Shown here in pieces: positions 49,438 through 58,409 of a stretch of DNA of 64,000 nucleotides. Position 1 is the first letter of the stretch, and each line of letters opens with the position of its first letter. The position numbers and the translations under genes are program-made. The DNA comes from Candidatus Heimdallarchaeota archaeon. Its GTDB lineage: Archaea > Asgardarchaeota > Heimdallarchaeia > Heimdallarchaeales > Heimdallarchaeaceae. Location: assembly GCA_016839945.1 (NCBI GenBank), contig JAEOTE010000007.1, forward strand, positions 21,959 through 85,958, in the 5' to 3' direction. The notes beneath the pieces were generated by a model. It was not told where the DNA came from and did not search any database. It was given only the letters and a program-made list of their open reading frames with translations.

Positions 49438-50043
49438 ATGGATGAAGAATACAAAATGGTTTTAGTAGGTGTTGGTGGTCAAGGAATTCTGACTATTTCA
49501 GATGTTATAGCAATAGCAGCTCAGAAAAAGGGCTTACATGTATTAGGTTCAGAAGTTCATGGCATGGCTCAGAAAGGTGGATCAGTTATTACAAACTTGA
49601 AAATTGGGAAAAAACTTTACTCACCAACAATACCTATAGGTTCCTGCAAAGCTCTGGTTGGATTAGAAGAAAATGAAACACTTCGATATATTAAATTTCT
49701 AAAACCTGATGGAATTGTTATAACATCTAAAACTGTTCTTTACCCAGTAGGCTGGAAAAAAGACAAATCTGCAGCTGATATTGCACATGAAAAAATTGAA
49801 GAGAATCTAGAACAATTCAAGGTAAAAATCATTAGAATAGATGCAGAAGAATTAGCTCTGAAAGCTGGTTTAGTTCTTACTCAAAACATAGTTCTGCTTG
49901 GAGCTCTATCTCAAATAAAGGATTTCCCACTATCAGAGGAAGATCTCAGATCTGCTCTAAAAGAAAGAGTACCTTCTAAATACTTGAACCAAAATCTAAG
50001 AGCCTTTGATTTAGGTATTGAAGCAGTGAAAAATAGAACATAG
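49438..50043 (+). CDS. iorB: Indolepyruvate:ferredoxin oxidoreductase beta subunit
   Basis: At ~200 aa, the N-terminus MVLVGVGGQGILT matches the gamma-like 2-oxoacid oxidoreductase fold. The gene is immediately downstream of iorA. Confidence 0.75.
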   Translation: MDEEYKMVLVGVGGQGILTISDVIAIAAQKKGLHVLGSEVHGMAQKGGSVITNLKIGKKLYSPTIPIGSCKALVGLEENETLRYIKFLKPDGIVITSKTVLYPVGWKKDKSAADIAHEKIEENLEQFKVKIIRIDAEELALKAGLVLTQNIVLLGALSQIKDFPLSEEDLRSALKERVPSKYLNQNLRAFDLGIEAVKNRT

Positions 50044-50110
50044 TCTACTATTTCTACAAAGGACTTCTTGTAAGAGTTCAAGGTTTAGAATTAGAATTAG
50101 TGTTTATTTT

Positions 50111-50428
50111 CTAAGCATTACCTTCTTCTGGTGGTAATTGCACAGCGTCTATGATTCGTTCACCTGCAACCACCTCATCAACGGAATGAATTGAAGAACC
50201 ATAATCTCGGAGAGTTTCTTGAATATTTTGGAAAATCAAATCGTCTCCTACAATAGTTACAGTTATTCCTTCAGTGCTTGAATCAGTTTCAGTTCTTAGA
50301 ATATTCACTGATTCTATTCCTTTCAACTTAGTTAATTCCAAAGCCAAAACATCAATTCTTGGTTGATGAGGCTTTAACACATCCAATACAAGTCTTCTTA
50401 TGCGAACATTTTTTGTGGGTTCAGCCAT
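50111..50428 (-). CDS. DUF211-like small archaeal protein
   Basis: The motif RRLVLDVLKPHQP and a ~105-aa length. The family name is from memory. Confidence 0.4.
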   Translation of the reverse strand: MAEPTKNVRIRRLVLDVLKPHQPRIDVLALELTKLKGIESVNILRTETDSSTEGITVTIVGDDLIFQNIQETLRDYGSSIHSVDEVVAGERIIDAVQLPPEEGNA

Positions 50429-50576
50429 CTTTGTTCCCGTGTTATAACTGATTAGTCAATTTTTTCTTTGTTTAGTAGATTATTAAACTTTCTGTTATCT
50501 AAATAGATGTAAGTAATAGTAATATTCTTTAATTTGGCTTACCATTAGAAAAAAGAATTTAAACATAGTAAATATT

Positions 50577-53500
50577 ATGTATTGGGGAACTCTAGATTAT
50601 GAGTACAGATATGTGAGGTTTATGACTAAGAAATTTCCGTATGAGCTTTGGTTATCTGCAGGAAGTGATGCAGGTATTAGTTTTGCCACAGTTGGCCGTC
50701 TAGCTAAAGATTCAAGCATGATGCAAGGGATTCTACTTTCCCTTCAAAATCTAATGTCTACAGAAGTAGATGTTTCTAATTCACAATTTATGACAGGAGA
50801 GAATGAGTTTGTAAAATTTGGTACTTTTACACTTGCAGAAGAAGCAGATAATGTTGTTGTTCAATATATCGTTAAATCCGAACAAGCAAAGAAATTGTCC
50901 AAATATGATGAAGAACTTGTTCAAGAGTTAGCTCAGTCATTCTGTAGATTCATAATATTAACACCCAATTTCCATCAAAACATATCTGCTGGAAAAATGA
51001 TATCTCCTGATTATGTATCAAAAGCGTTCCTAAAAGCATGTACTATTACTAAACAAAAAATTAGTGTCCCTACAAATAACAAGGATTTGGGTGAGCTAAT
51101 AAAGAAACATATAGAGATTATAGAACAAAATCCGGAGAATTATGAAACATTAGTACAATTAAAAGACATTAAACAATGGTTAGGGGATGATGAACAGTCT
51201 TGGGATAAAGGTTCAATTATACCATTCAAAAGACAACTTCTTGTTCAAATGGTTTCTCAAGATATATTAAACCAAATAATTAGAGAGGATCCTTTTGTTC
51301 TCTTAGAGTTTGAATCCCCCAGATATGTGGTGGAGGAAATTCGAAATAGTATTGAAAATTATTTAAGAAAGAAAGACATCAAACCTCAAGATTTAATAGA
51401 AAGATATCTAGCAAAAGATTTGTCAAAAATTGTTAGAACAAACCTTGAAAGATTAACAATCGATGAAATACATTCTGCCAATTCCTTTATATCTAACATT
51501 CTAGCAAAGGAAGTAATATACAAAATTGCTAAAGAAAAACCTCTAAATTCTTTAATTGATTTTAGAGATATTCCCCTCTTTAGTACAATTCAAAAAACTA
51601 TAACCACACTAACAGAGATTCCTAACCCTGGAACAATGATATGTGATGCACTTATTGAGGATGTATCACCTTTAGTACTACAAAGTGGAAGACTTTTCTA
51701 TAATCAATTAATAAATCCATTTACTGGAAAAAAACTTCCCCCAAGTATTTGGAATGTGATAATAGATTTTACATATGCAATAATTGAAGAAAAGAAAATT
51801 AAAAGTAAAGAAGAAGGGAGAGAAACGTCTATACAAGTAAAAAGAAATCTTCTAAACAATCGTCTAGCAAAATTAACAGTAATTCAATCAGAATGGCTGA
51901 AGGAATTAACTATAAAATTTAAGGAAGTAGGTGTAGGAAGAGAGCTTCGATTATCTAATGTTGAAGAATCTGTCTTATTTGCAAACGCATTGGAAAGAGC
52001 AATAATCACCACTTTGGAGAAAATAGTCAAAGATCAACTATTTAATACAAACCTAGGAGATATCTTTAATTTCATGATTGATACATTCAAAGATCTAGCT
52101 CCTAAGACGGTTTTAGCTAAAATAATATCCAATGTAATGAATGATGTTAAAGAAAGAAAATATGAAACTGCTCAACAAATGAGTATGAGCGCTCAAGATC
52201 TTATTGGAGCATCAATTGAAGAAGGAGATGTGAAAGCTTTTGTGAATTCAGTTCCTGTTCAATTGAAAAGATCTTTCTTTAGAGGAACAAATCTCAGTTT
52301 TGATGGAAGAACTGTATCTTCTTCTGAATTATTACAGAAAAAAGGAGTTTCTATAAGTATAGGTAACAAAATAATGCCTCTAAACGATTTTGAAGCAGAT
52401 GCAGAATTTCTATCAACTTGTTTTACAAACTCTAAAATATTACGTAAAGCTTATGCTAAAGCCATATTGAGGGGGATGATTGAATCTTATGTACAACAGA
52501 TTTTTAATTTTGAAGGTGAGATAATAGGAAGACTTGACTCTTTAATAACTGCTTTTAATAAAGAAATGGTTTCGAAATTGACACCTGCTCATAGGTTGCT
52601 TGAAATAAAAGAAAGTTTCCCTTCTTTCCCTCAAATACGGGATATTCCACAAAAATTTGCTGAAAGAAATTTTCATGATCGTTGTCGTGATAGTTGGAAT
52701 CTTTATGCACCTAAAATTCAAAAAGCAATCCAAGATATACTAAATGGTTTCTCTAAGCTACGTACAAAGGATTTAAACTATAAGAAAAAAGCTATGAAAC
52801 TGTATAGTAAAGCTATAAAAGATCTAAAATATGTTCGAAAAATTCTTCTTAAAAGCTGGAATCCCCTCAATAATCAAATGACCAAAGTTGTTGAAAAATG
52901 GTCAAAAGATGTAAGTGCTAAGCTTTCAGCTCATCTAGATTTTGTTGATCGCAATGTTAATGATTGGATTAGTGATGTTTTCAAGATTAATAGACTAGAA
53001 TATGGCCGTTTTACAATTTCACATGAGCAAAGTCAAAAACAAATAATTGAAACTCTCAATGAAATCAACCCTAGAGAGATAGCGGAATTACCTAAGAATT
53101 TCATGGAGATTGCTATATCAATTCTGCTTTATCGTCGAATACCTGAGTATGTTATAGATGAATCATACAACCAAATGATATCTGGAGAAAGGAAAGTTGC
53201 TGATGCTGTATTAAAAGCATGGAGTAAAAGCAAATCCAGAAATGAGTTTGAGGATAACCTTTACATGAACATGAGGGTTTTAGGAAATACTTTTACTAGA
53301 ATGATTAATACATACGGGAGATTAGTAAGCTCGTTATTTATTCAAGATGATATTGCTTTATCCAGTGATATCAAAGGTTATTACATAGTATTAGGATCAT
53401 TCACAAAGGATGTATATACTACAAAAAATCATGTGTTATCTATCTTAAGATTCCTGAATGTTGAAGTTATAGATTTAGGAGAAGATTGGGAAGTCAGACT

Positions 53501-53768
53501 GTACTTAGAACCTGAATACAAGAAAGAGATGAGTGAGTACAGAGACCGTTTAATTGTTATGAGTGATTTAGTAGGTTTCGTTGCTCGTAAGAAGTTTGAT
53601 GAAAATACAGGTCCTGTACTAGAAGGAATAAAATCAGCTATTAATTATTTAATTGAACATGGAGACACCAACATTATAGACCTAGCAGAAACAATTAAAG
53701 AAGCACTCTTTATGCTATCAGAATATCCTACAAAAGTATTAGAGGAAAAACAACAACAAAAACAATGA
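50577..53768 (+). CDS. Large (1063 aa) soluble protein of unknown function; N-terminal ~120 aa may adopt a roadblock/longin-like alpha-beta fold, remainder predicted helical
   Basis: A long uninterrupted ORF with coding-like composition. There are no TM segments, no Walker A/B, and no low-complexity repeats. The N-terminus reads ELWLSAGSDAGISFATVGRLAKDSSMMQGILLSLQNLMSTEV...EFVKFGTFTLAEEADNVVVQYIVK. The true start may be the internal ATG at MTKKF (aa 16). Confidence 0.5.
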   Translation: MYWGTLDYEYRYVRFMTKKFPYELWLSAGSDAGISFATVGRLAKDSSMMQGILLSLQNLMSTEVDVSNSQFMTGENEFVKFGTFTLAEEADNVVVQYIVKSEQAKKLSKYDEELVQELAQSFCRFIILTPNFHQNISAGKMISPDYVSKAFLKACTITKQKISVPTNNKDLGELIKKHIEIIEQNPENYETLVQLKDIKQWLGDDEQSWDKGSIIPFKRQLLVQMVSQDILNQIIREDPFVLLEFESPRYVVEEIRNSIENYLRKKDIKPQDLIERYLAKDLSKIVRTNLERLTIDEIHSANSFISNILAKEVIYKIAKEKPLNSLIDFRDIPLFSTIQKTITTLTEIPNPGTMICDALIEDVSPLVLQSGRLFYNQLINPFTGKKLPPSIWNVIIDFTYAIIEEKKIKSKEEGRETSIQVKRNLLNNRLAKLTVIQSEWLKELTIKFKEVGVGRELRLSNVEESVLFANALERAIITTLEKIVKDQLFNTNLGDIFNFMIDTFKDLAPKTVLAKIISNVMNDVKERKYETAQQMSMSAQDLIGASIEEGDVKAFVNSVPVQLKRSFFRGTNLSFDGRTVSSSELLQKKGVSISIGNKIMPLNDFEADAEFLSTCFTNSKILRKAYAKAILRGMIESYVQQIFNFEGEIIGRLDSLITAFNKEMVSKLTPAHRLLEIKESFPSFPQIRDIPQKFAERNFHDRCRDSWNLYAPKIQKAIQDILNGFSKLRTKDLNYKKKAMKLYSKAIKDLKYVRKILLKSWNPLNNQMTKVVEKWSKDVSAKLSAHLDFVDRNVNDWISDVFKINRLEYGRFTISHEQSQKQIIETLNEINPREIAELPKNFMEIAISILLYRRIPEYVIDESYNQMISGERKVADAVLKAWSKSKSRNEFEDNLYMNMRVLGNTFTRMINTYGRLVSSLFIQDDIALSSDIKGYYIVLGSFTKDVYTTKNHVLSILRFLNVEVIDLGEDWEVRLYLEPEYKKEMSEYRDRLIVMSDLVGFVARKKFDENTGPVLEGIKSAINYLIEHGDTNIIDLAETIKEALFMLSEYPTKVLEEKQQQKQ

Positions 53769-53793
53769 AATTTCTCTGACTTCCATTAGTAAT

Positions 53794-54519
53794 TTACTTT
53801 GGCAATCTAGGTCCAAAAATAGAAGTTCCTATTCTAACCATATTTGATCCTTCTTCAATTGCTATCTCAAAATCATTGGACATTCCCATTGAGAGTATAG
53901 GATTTTCTACTACTAAAAGAGGTATAATTTGCTTTTTGAAAATTTCAGTAGTTTTAGAAAACAGTTTCCTCAAAACCTGTTGATCACTTTCAAATTCTAG
54001 GGGAGCTATTGTCATAATACCATGTACAATAACATTTGAATATTGTTTTGTTAATTCAAGAAATTTCAAGGTTTCACTAATGTTTAAACCTTTTGGAGAA
54101 GCTACATTGCTAAAATCTACTTGTATAAGAATAGGATATATTGTTTTCTGATTCAATGCACGTTTGTTAATAAGAGATAAAATCTTCTCTTGTTGAACAC
54201 TCTGGATAAAATTACAGTTTTCAACAGCAAATTTTACTTTGTTCGATTGCATACGTCCTACAACATGTAATTCAGTTGATGGAGAATAATTCTTTATTTG
54301 AAGTATCTTTGATTTAAGTTCAGTACCAACAACCTCACCAATTATTTTAAGACCTGCATCTATTGCTAATTGGATTCTACCCATTTCAATGCGTTTAGTT
54401 ACACCAACCAGTGAAATTTCTGTTCCATCACGTCCACTCTTTCTTGCACTTTCATCTATTCTACCTAAAACATCTTGATAATTAGAGGGAATATCTATAG
54501 AGAGTGGACTCTGAGTCAT
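53794..54519 (-). CDS. YggS/PROSC-family pyridoxal-5'-phosphate homeostasis protein (alanine-racemase N-terminal-domain fold)
   Basis: The PLP-lysine is in LVGVTK. HVVGRMQSNKVK matches HFIGHLQSNK, and the C-terminal MVRIGTSIFGPR matches VRIGTAIFG. Length is ~240 aa. Confidence 0.75.
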   Translation of the reverse strand: MTQSPLSIDIPSNYQDVLGRIDESARKSGRDGTEISLVGVTKRIEMGRIQLAIDAGLKIIGEVVGTELKSKILQIKNYSPSTELHVVGRMQSNKVKFAVENCNFIQSVQQEKILSLINKRALNQKTIYPILIQVDFSNVASPKGLNISETLKFLELTKQYSNVIVHGIMTIAPLEFESDQQVLRKLFSKTTEIFKKQIIPLLVVENPILSMGMSNDFEIAIEEGSNMVRIGTSIFGPRLPK

Positions 54520-54616
54520 TGTTTTATTATAGACACTTAAAAAATAAAGATATTGCTATCAACAATAGTTTTGATTTCATTCAAAATTCAACTGGTTTTA
54601 ATACAGTTATTCTCAA

Positions 54617-55399
54617 TTAAAGCACTCTACCTTCCATTCCTCCATGGACCATTATTGTTTCTCCACTTATATGTCCCGCAGCTTTTTCTGAAAGAAGAAA
54701 TCCAACTATTGAAGCTACATCCTCAACTTGAGCTATTTTTTTTAAAGGCATTGTTTGGAATATTCTTTCCATCTTCCCTTCTTCTCTTAAAGATTTTTCT
54801 GCCATCTCTGTAAATACCCAACCTGGTGCAACACAATTAACTCTACCTAAAGAAGAATAAGTAATTATTTCGTTTTTCCATGTCTTTGTTAAACCATACA
54901 TCAAAGCTGCTTTTGTAGCAGAATAATCAGCATATCCTGCTTCACCAAATTGACCAGCTGTAGAACCTATTAAAACAATTGAAGCTGTCTCTTCCTTAGA
55001 TGATAGGAGATTTCTGAAAAATTCTCTAACACATAGGAAAACACCAGTAAGATTAACATTCAAGGTTTTTTCCCATCGATCTATATTCATCTTATCAGTT
55101 AATGTAGGCATAGGTGCCCAGATTCCAGCATTAGCTACTAAACAATCTACTCTTCCAAAATTATCTATAGCTTCCTGAAAGATTCTTTTAATATCAGTTT
55201 CTTTTTCTAAATCACCTTTGATTAAAACAAGATTGCTTGAGTCTAGCTGATCCCTAATTTGGTTGGCTTTATCCTCACTTTTATTATAATGAAGACTGAT
55301 TTTTGCACCCTCTTGGTGCAGTAGTTTTACAATAGATTGTCCAATTCCTCCTGACCCACCTGTGACTAACACATGCTTATTAGTTAATCCTAATTCCAT
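54617..55399 (-). CDS. Short-chain dehydrogenase/reductase (SDR, FabG-like)
   Basis: Cofactor motif VLVTGGSGGIGQ, NAG (LVANAG) and catalytic YSATKAAL (YxxxK). Confidence 0.8.
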   Translation of the reverse strand: MELGLTNKHVLVTGGSGGIGQSIVKLLHQEGAKISLHYNKSEDKANQIRDQLDSSNLVLIKGDLEKETDIKRIFQEAIDNFGRVDCLVANAGIWAPMPTLTDKMNIDRWEKTLNVNLTGVFLCVREFFRNLLSSKEETASIVLIGSTAGQFGEAGYADYSATKAALMYGLTKTWKNEIITYSSLGRVNCVAPGWVFTEMAEKSLREEGKMERIFQTMPLKKIAQVEDVASIVGFLLSEKAAGHISGETIMVHGGMEGRVL

Positions 55400-55483
55400 A
55401 GGATAAAGAAAGAGAGTGAGATTTTAAATTTAATCCAATGATTTCATTTGAATATATTTATAAAAGAATGTTCTTGACTGAGA

Positions 55484-56890
55484 GTGATACATATGAACGA
55501 AGATTTAGTAAACAATGTACTAAAATCTATAGAAAAAGAAAAAGTTACTTATGCTGATATAAGAATTGAAAATTCTTTAATGACACAAATTCGAACTGTT
55601 AATAAAAAAGTTGAACGAAGCACTACAGGGATAGAATCTGGTATAGGAATAAGGATTCTAAAAGAAGGTGCTTGGGGATTTGCATTTGGACCTATCGATA
55701 ATTTTACAGATATCATTAAGATGGCAGTCCAAGCAAATAAGTTGAATCTCAAACATAAGAAAGAGGAAATTAAATTAGCAGAGATAAAAATCGTAGAAGA
55801 CGATTTTGAAGGAAAGCAGAAAAAGAAAATTGATGATGTGGGATTTGATGAAAAAATCCAAATGACTTTTGAAACTGATAAAGCTCAAGAAGATGAAAAG
55901 ATAAAATCCAGAACATCCGTTTATAGAGAAGTTCTCAAGAATGTGATTCTAGCAACAACAGAGGGAACAAGGATAAACTATTCTGTACCTTATGTAAGAC
56001 TAGGAGCAATTTCTGTCGCTAGAGAAGGAAATGAAACCATAGAAACCTATTGTATTGCAGGTCATTTAGGTGGTTTAGAACTCATTGACATTAGAGCACC
56101 ACAAGAGATAGGAGATAAAGCTAAAGAAAGAGCTTTAGAAGGACTTAAAGCTCCTAAACTTAAAAATGGAAGATACCCAGTTGTTCTTGATGGAACAATA
56201 AATCATCTTTTTGCTCATGAAGCTGCAGGTCATAGTGCAGAAGCTGATTTAGCAAAAAATGCAGGTATTCTTAAAGGTAAGTTAGGAAAAAGAATTGCTC
56301 ATCCAAAAGTTGATATGATAGACGATGGGAGATTGAAGGAGGTTGATAACATCGTACATTTTGGAAATATAAAATATGACGATGAAGGAGTACTAGGACA
56401 AAGAAATCACATTATTCGAAATGGTATTCTTGAAACTTACCTTCATGATAGAGCAACAGCAGCTTATTTTGGTACAAAACCCACAGGAAACTCAAGAGTA
56501 GAGGCATACAATTATCCTCAAATAATTAGAATGACTAATACATTCATAGCTCCAGCTGAAGATCCTATGAACCATGAAGAGCTATTAGAGTTAATTAAGA
56601 ACGGATATCTACTAATGCAAGGAGGAGGAGGACAAGTAAGTCCAATTGAAGGTACTTTTAATTTTGGTGTTGGAGAGGTGTATGAAGTCAAAAATGGTGA
56701 AATAGGTCAAAGGTATCGTCCAACTACTTTAGCTGGAAATACTTTGGAGACTCTCAACAAAATCATAGGAATATCTCCTGAAATGGGAGATCCTCTAGTT
56801 AGTACTGGATTTTGTGGAAAAGGCAGTCAAAGTGTACCTGTAGCAGGAACTGCAGGATGGATAGCTGTAAAAGATATTGTAATAGGTTAG
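55484..56890 (+). CDS. tldD: TldD-family metalloprotease
   Basis: HEAAGHSAEADL (HExxxH) and the C-terminal GxC motif FCGKG, at ~465 aa, paired with the downstream pmbA-like gene. Confidence 0.8.
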   Translation: MIHMNEDLVNNVLKSIEKEKVTYADIRIENSLMTQIRTVNKKVERSTTGIESGIGIRILKEGAWGFAFGPIDNFTDIIKMAVQANKLNLKHKKEEIKLAEIKIVEDDFEGKQKKKIDDVGFDEKIQMTFETDKAQEDEKIKSRTSVYREVLKNVILATTEGTRINYSVPYVRLGAISVAREGNETIETYCIAGHLGGLELIDIRAPQEIGDKAKERALEGLKAPKLKNGRYPVVLDGTINHLFAHEAAGHSAEADLAKNAGILKGKLGKRIAHPKVDMIDDGRLKEVDNIVHFGNIKYDDEGVLGQRNHIIRNGILETYLHDRATAAYFGTKPTGNSRVEAYNYPQIIRMTNTFIAPAEDPMNHEELLELIKNGYLLMQGGGGQVSPIEGTFNFGVGEVYEVKNGEIGQRYRPTTLAGNTLETLNKIIGISPEMGDPLVSTGFCGKGSQSVPVAGTAGWIAVKDIVIG

Positions 56891-56899
56891 GAGATAAAA

Positions 56900-58354
56900 A
56901 TGTCAGAAAATAGTCTAAGTATTAAAATTGAAAAAGCACTTGAAACTGGTCTAAAGTATGCTAAAAAAGCTGGTGCATCGCATTGTGAAGCTTATGGTGT
57001 AAATGAGAAAGCATATAATTTAGAAATTGAAAAAAAAGAACCTAAACATAATATAGGAATTATGCATGGTCTTGCTTTTAGAGTAATTGCAAACGATGCA
57101 TTAGGATTTGCATATACTTCCTCATTCCAAGAAAATGATATTAAGCATACAATTAATTTAGCAATTCAAAATGCAAAAACACAAAAGAAAGATCCGGATT
57201 TGAAACCTTTTCCTGAATTAAAAGAGACAAAAGAAAAATTGTCACTAGATAAAAAACTATATTCTATTAAACCTGAAGAAATTGCAGAAATATTTGAAAA
57301 ACTCCATCTTGAAAAACTACCAAAGAATATTCATTTCTTATTTTCTTTCGGTTTTCTTGGATCTGGAGAGAGTTTCTTAAAAAACTCTCAAGGTTTGGAT
57401 CTTCATGAAAAAGACGCAGGATATGGTTTAGGGATAGGATATCTATCATCTCATGGTTACCCTGTATATGACATTCATGCTGAAGGTTCAAGAAAACTAG
57501 GTGAACTAGATCCTGAAATCATTGCAAAAACAACAATAAGCAAAGTACTTGAAAGTGCAAAACCTAAAACAATGTCTGTCGCAGGTGAGTATCCTGTTAT
57601 CATAACTCCTGAAGGTTCCTATGGTGCATTTGGAGCATTGTTTGGAGTCTTAACAAATCTACTGCGAGGAGATAAGGCTTCTAGAGGGGATACAGTCTAT
57701 GCAGATAGGATAGGAGATCAAATTGCTCCTGAGAATTTCACTCTTATTGATGATCCACTAAGAAAAGATTTGGTAACATCTGCTTTATATGATGGTGAAG
57801 GAGTTCCAACTCAGCGAACAAAACTAATAGAGAAGGGAGTACTACAAACATACTATCTGGATTCTTATTATGCAGGGAAACTGAATATGGAAAGTAACGG
57901 AAAAGCTACAAGAGGAGGATTATTTAGTGGAAATCCAGTTAAAGGACCACCTCGAATTGGCTCCTTTGCAACAATCATTGAACCTGGTGATTCCTCAGTT
58001 GAAGAAATGATAAGCGAAACAAAGGAAGGTTTCATGCTGAAAAGCTTCATGGGTATTCATATGTCTGATATGAGTAGTGGAAGATTTGCTGTAACAGGTA
58101 GTGGATGGTATATTAAGAACGGGGAGAAAAGGTATCCTGTTCAAGATATTTCACTTTCTGGAACAATACCAGATTTGTTGAAAGGTATTGATATGATTTC
58201 AAAAGAACGAAAGAAAGGAATAAACAATGAAGTTCCATACTTAAGAGTGGAAAAACTGAATGTAACAGCTAAGAAACTAGATTTTAAAGTACGCTTTGGA
58301 ATAAAGATATTGAAACTACTAACAAAATTTGGGTATCCAAATCCTTACACCTAA
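56900..58354 (+). CDS. pmbA: PmbA/TldE-family protein (TldD partner)
   Basis: Co-linear TldD/PmbA fold without HExxxH, at ~484 aa, directly downstream of tldD. Confidence 0.7.
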   Translation: MSENSLSIKIEKALETGLKYAKKAGASHCEAYGVNEKAYNLEIEKKEPKHNIGIMHGLAFRVIANDALGFAYTSSFQENDIKHTINLAIQNAKTQKKDPDLKPFPELKETKEKLSLDKKLYSIKPEEIAEIFEKLHLEKLPKNIHFLFSFGFLGSGESFLKNSQGLDLHEKDAGYGLGIGYLSSHGYPVYDIHAEGSRKLGELDPEIIAKTTISKVLESAKPKTMSVAGEYPVIITPEGSYGAFGALFGVLTNLLRGDKASRGDTVYADRIGDQIAPENFTLIDDPLRKDLVTSALYDGEGVPTQRTKLIEKGVLQTYYLDSYYAGKLNMESNGKATRGGLFSGNPVKGPPRIGSFATIIEPGDSSVEEMISETKEGFMLKSFMGIHMSDMSSGRFAVTGSGWYIKNGEKRYPVQDISLSGTIPDLLKGIDMISKERKKGINNEVPYLRVEKLNVTAKKLDFKVRFGIKILKLLTKFGYPNPYT

Positions 58355-58409
58355 TTTCTAATTTTTTTTCTTTTCGAAAAATGGAAAAAGAAAAAAGAAA
58401 AAAGAAAAA

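Noticed and set aside
54553-54813. 86-aa ORF (+) overlapping the 3' end of the SDR gene
   Set aside because: It overlaps a strongly supported minus-strand SDR gene and has a Leu/Phe-rich low-complexity sequence.
58355-58409. A-rich simple repeat (gaaaaaa x3) and T-tracts between pmbA and the 961-aa surface protein gene
   Set aside because: It is a short low-complexity convergent intergenic spacer. It is more consistent with oligo-T/oligo-A transcription termination signals than with a functional repeat element or RNA gene.
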